Assembly (NCBI RefSeq): GCF_002105155.1
Contig: NW_019029012.1
Coordinates: forward strand, 434,001 to 472,804
From: Lobosporangium transversale
Lineage: Eukaryota
Length of the DNA stretch: 38,804 nucleotides
Reading direction: 5' to 3'
Each line of letters opens with the position of its first letter. Position 1 is the first letter of the stretch. Both the position numbers and the translations under genes were made by a program. The notes beneath the pieces were generated by a model. The model worked only from the letters and a program-made list of their open reading frames with translations, had not been told where the DNA came from and did no database searches. Shown piece by piece: positions 35,155 through 38,804 of the stretch.

Positions 35155-35840
35155 GTAACTCTCAATCAGGCGCTGCTTCAGGTTCGGTTCTAGTTCGACC
35201 ACAAGTGAGTTGACGGCGACAGATTGTAGATCTTGGTGATCTGGTCGTCGCGAAAGCGCATCTGGGACGATGTTGTTGTCACGAACAGCAAGCAATGTCT
35301 AGCTCATGAATTGATGAATGACTTTTGTCTGATTCGAATCTGAAAAAGATCACGTGTGCTTGATTAATTTGTTCCGCTCATTTCCTTCACTCATTCCTCC
35401 ATGCATAGTTTGCCTGTCAAGCCAAGTCGCGTCTCCTAGTTTTCTAGCTCCGTGAATAGCTCCAAGGATTCTAGAAGAGCTATAAACCAATAACCAAGGC
35501 TTATAGTGCCAAGGAACCTTGAAATAAGATTGCACCAGATATCTTCCTCGGATCCTGTGTATTAAGTTAACTCAACACTTGAAGTTCCGCATATGGTAAA
35601 AGTCCTTAGGAAATATTTGAGTAAGCTTTATTTAGAGTTCTTGAAGCGCGTCTCCGCTTCAGTCAAACAAGTATAAAACTATTCTTGAATCTCCTAAGTT
35701 CATTCTTGTTCCTAAATCACTTACCTTCTCTTGCACTCGTCCTGTCAGTCCTTGACATTGCAGACTCCACAAATTCTTGTTCTGCCCACTCTTATCCTAA
35801 GCAAATTATATTTTTCCCTTGTTAACCCAATCTCACAATC

Positions 35841-36995
35841 ATGTCCCAGAACCCCCATCCTGAAATCTATACACCACGAGCCCTAGAAGAACTTGCCCAA
35901 GATCCTAATGTAGACCCCCGTCAAGTCTTGGCTCATCTCCAGTCCCATGCTGAAGCCGTTAGCGGAATGCAGCAGCAAATCCAGAATATCCGAGATGTAG
36001 TGAACCAACAGCACGCCCAACTGAACAGTAATCCTGACCCCGCAGGGCTAATCACCCTACGTAGCGCCATCGAGACCCTTGCATCCCAGCATCAAGAACA
36101 GAGAAATATGCAGCGCTCCTTCGAAAGAGATATGCAGTCTATTCTGAGCCGACTTGCAAATCGAGCCACAGCTCCTACGCCACGTACTGCTATCCCGCAA
36201 CCCCTCACTACCAAGTTTAAGGGAAACAGCGATGAGCTGTCCCTCTCAGATTTTCGTGCTCGTCTACAAATTGTCTTCGCACGTTTTCCTGACGCCCTAT
36301 CCAACGACGAAGAAAAGATTAACTACTCCCTGCAGTGCCTAGATGGTGACGCATCTCGGCACTTTGCTCCGTACATCAATGGAGAAATCGAAGATGACTC
36401 CGGAGTCCTGACTTCCTACGAAGTATTTATCGAGACATTAGAAGAATTTTTCGGAGACCATCTCGAGCAGGAAGATGTTGAACATCAACTATCCTGCATC
36501 CGTCAATCCGGTTCGATGATCGAATATGTAACAGAGTTTCGCCGCCTCGCCGCCCGCAGTGGCTGGAACGACCGAGCCCTCAAGGCCCGTTTCAAGAAAG
36601 GTCTATCAAGTGAAATCCATGGCCTGCTCTTGCCACAGTGGTCTAAGTTCAAGACCGTACATGAGGTGCAGACCGCGGCAATCGACGCCTATAGAAATCT
36701 GTCATCACATCGTCGCCAGCGGCCCCGCTTCGAGTCTTTCAAGCATCAGACACCACCAGCCCGACGTCCCCCACCAGTGAGCACCACTACTCCGGCCCCA
36801 GCGGCTCCATCTATGGCAATGGATGTAGATGCCATGCGTGCCCGACGTCTCACACCCGAAGAGAAAAAGCGCCGCAGAGATATGGGTCTTTGCCTGTATT
36901 GCGGTGGCGCTAACCACATCGCCTTGAATTGCCCTACCAAGAAGACAATCCATGCATCCGTTCTAGAAGCCGAGTCGGGAAACGAATCTGCCTAG
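35841..36995 (+). CDS. gag: Element C Gag
   Basis: 'IRQSGSMIEYVTEFRRLA...GWND...FKKGLS', 'MDVDA' and 'CLYCGGANHIALNC'. Confidence 0.92.
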   Translation: MSQNPHPEIYTPRALEELAQDPNVDPRQVLAHLQSHAEAVSGMQQQIQNIRDVVNQQHAQLNSNPDPAGLITLRSAIETLASQHQEQRNMQRSFERDMQSILSRLANRATAPTPRTAIPQPLTTKFKGNSDELSLSDFRARLQIVFARFPDALSNDEEKINYSLQCLDGDASRHFAPYINGEIEDDSGVLTSYEVFIETLEEFFGDHLEQEDVEHQLSCIRQSGSMIEYVTEFRRLAARSGWNDRALKARFKKGLSSEIHGLLLPQWSKFKTVHEVQTAAIDAYRNLSSHRRQRPRFESFKHQTPPARRPPPVSTTTPAPAAPSMAMDVDAMRARRLTPEEKKRRRDMGLCLYCGGANHIALNCPTKKTIHASVLEAESGNESA

Positions 36996-37042
36996 GCTCC
37001 GACGAGGAATGGATCCTAGGAAATATGCTCACTACTTCCTCG
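36977..37042 (+). other. -1 ribosomal frameshift signal of element C (G GGA AAC + predicted H-type pseudoknot)
   Basis: Heptamer 36977..36983, then a 7-nt spacer. Stem CCTAGG-c-TCC pairs with GGA-t-CCTAGG (36991..37020). Loop CGAGGAA (37003..37009) is complementary to TTCCTCG (37036..37042). Pol is in the -1 frame. Confidence 0.85.
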
Positions 37043-38804
37043 CCCTCAAGACCTAGAATCTGCCTCTTAGTTAATATAACCTTGTCCCTGCCTAGTCAGC
37101 CCCCTGTCCAAACCAAAGCTCTCATCGACTCTGGGGCGCAAGCTTCTTTCATCGATGTGAGCCTCGTCACGAAACATAACCTCATCACTGTCCCCTTGTC
37201 CACTCCCCTTCGTCTCAACATGGCTGATGGTCAGGCCAGCCTTCACGGCCTTGTCACTCACCATGCCCCTGTCTCCCTAGCCATAGAAAATCATCGTGAA
37301 AATTTGTCACTGAACGTCACTAGTATCCAGCACCCAGTCATCCTTGGTATCGATTGGCTTGAAAAGCACAACCCTGCCATAAACTGGAAAAGGCGACTAG
37401 TTTCTTTCTCTGATGACTTCTGCAATAAAACCTGTTTTGAACAGTATCCTGTCGTGTCTTGTGAAACAATCTTGTCTAGCTTTCTTGCTTCTAGTTTCGT
37501 CCCTAGTCTTGCTCCTAGTCTTGATCTTGAAAATAATATATCTGTTAATGATTATTATCTCTGTCAATTACTCTCAGAATACCTTGAGGACCTATGTCCT
37601 ACCCAGTCCTTGATCTCTGTTCCTGACCTCTCTTGTTTTTCTCTATCCCTGAATTCCAGCACCTCTGAACCTTGCCCTGTAACACTCTCTGAATCTTTGC
37701 CCCCAACCTATTCTGAGTTCGCACCACTTTTCAAAGAAAAAGAACTTGGAACTCTGCCTCCTCATAGACCCTTTGACCATGCTATCTCTCTTGAACCTGA
37801 TTCCAAAATTCCATTTGGCCCCTTGTATACTTTGTCACATACTGAGCTCGAAGCCCTTAAAGAATACCTTGATGATAATCTGAAAAGAGGATTTATCCGA
37901 CGGTCAGAATCCCCAGCCGGCGCTCCTGTCCTATTTGTTCCAAAAAAAGATGGCAAACTCAGACTTTGTGTAGATTATCGAGCCCTCAATAAAATAACAA
38001 TCAAGAACCGCTGCCCCCTGCCCTTAATATCAGAGACCTTGGACCGACTACGGTTAGCACTCATCTTCACCAAGTTAGACCTCAAGGGCGCTTACAATCT
38101 TGTTCGATAGCTAAGGGTGACGATGGAAACGCCTTTCGCACTCGGTATGGCCATTTCGAGTACCTTGTGATGCCTTTCGGGCTCACCATGCCCCAGCCAC
38201 TTCCAAGCCTTTCTCAACGAGGTCCTTCGTAGCTGCCTTGATACTTCGTCGTCATCTATTTGGACGATATCCTGATTTATTCCAACAACGAGGAGGAACA
38301 CGTCCACCATGTGCGTAAGGTCTTGCAATTACTTATGGATGCTGACCTCCAAGTCAATTTGGAAAAATGCCAGTTTCATGTTACCACCGTTGAGTTTCTC
38401 GGTTACGTGATCTCTCCTACTGGCATCTCCATGGACCCTGCAAGGTTAAGGCTATCACATCATGGCCTACCCCTGCATCTGTGCGCGACATCCAAGTGTT
38501 CTTGGGCTTTGCCAACTTCTATCGTCGCTTCATCAAGAATTTCTCCAATGTAGTTTCGCCTATCACAAGCCTCCTTAAAAAAGATGTGCCCTTTGTCTGG
38601 GGTCCTCCTGCTCAAAAGGCTTTTGACGAGCTTCGAAGGGTTTTCACAACCGAACCAGTCCTGTCTCACTACAACCCAGAAAAACCATGCTTTCTCGAGC
38701 CCGATGCTTCAAAGCACGCTTTGGGCGCTGTCTGTAGCCAGGCGGACGACAAAGGAGTGTTGCGGCCTCTTGCCTACTATTCTCGCTCTCTGACACCCCC
38801 TGAG
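36983..38804 (+). CDS. pol: Element C Pol (protease, RT, start of RNase H), reached by -1 frameshift; several apparent small deletions between ~38105 and ~38445
   Basis: 'ALIDSGA', 'VILGIDWL', 'LRLCVDYRALN', 'LDLKGAYNL', 'YLDDILIYS', 'FLGFANFYRRFI' and 'DASKHALGAV'. Confidence 0.8.

Larger units (their letters stand above)
27517..35276 (-). mobile_element. Element A: Ty3/Gypsy chromovirus, 3' part (end of RNase H, integrase, chromodomain, PPT, 3' LTR), interrupted by three insertions; remainder presumably beyond element C
   Basis: pol pieces 35276..35160, 34673..34621 and 29014..27623 rejoin in one frame (NIVPDALSRRPD...ESY|ADDPKLSTIYKFCLEK|CPPPRYSL). HHCC zinc finger, DDE core, GPY/F-like module and chromodomain 'YEVEAIL...FLIKWKGY...STWQP'. 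Purine-rich PPT GGGAAGG abuts the LTR at 27603. Confidence 0.9.
35277..38804 (+). mobile_element. Element C: Ty3/Gypsy retrotransposon (sushi/Tf-like), 5' LTR 35277..35757, gag and 5' part of pol; runs out of window
   Basis: A 481-bp LTR followed by gag and an overlapping -1 pol. It is inserted into pol of A; the predicted TSD is GTTGT (35272..35276). Confidence 0.92.

Noticed and set aside
34896..35535. Two identical 61-aa ORFs on opposite strands
   Set aside because: By-product of the inverted LTR copies. GTG start and no coding signature.
34674..35757. Reading the inverted repeat as a MITE/foldback DNA transposon with long TIRs
   Set aside because: The left arm has its own 5-bp TSD, the right arm is the LTR leading into gag, and the spacer is pol of element A.
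1..38804. CRISPR arrays, rRNA or tRNA genes, RIP-type mutation
   Set aside because: No repeat-spacer array or recognisable structural RNA gene was seen by eye. Duplicated LTRs show no C-to-T divergence.

Overview
Intron-rich fungal nuclear DNA. The gene set, Crinkler fragment and long poly(A)/poly(T) tracts suggest an early-diverging fungus such as Mortierellaceae, but this is inference. The first ~24.7 kb holds host genes, rebuilt here by hand from GT-AG introns: a SNG1/DUF3533-type membrane protein (5'-truncated), the mitochondrial thiamine-pyrophosphate carrier TPC1, a 13-exon MEIOB-like gene that the ORF track shows only as fragments, RPL20 head-to-head with it, an NDT80/PhoG-family transcription factor behind a ~7 kb gene-free region, TRM13, and succinyl-CoA ligase beta. 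The rest is transposon territory: a decayed PIF/Harbinger element, a Crinkler-type gene cut by a Ty3/Gypsy chromovirus (element A, apparent 86-bp LTR), and a resolvable nest inside A. The nest contains solo LTR D, which hosts full-length element B (identical 195-bp LTRs), plus a solo LTR and the 5' part of element C. The two family-C LTRs form a 481-bp inverted repeat with a 122-bp spacer. The most notable points are the insertion hotspot with its hairpin, a gag-pol junction in B that a single -1 frameshift cannot explain, and the MEIOB/RPL20 shared promoter. Family assignments rest on recalled motifs, not database searches.
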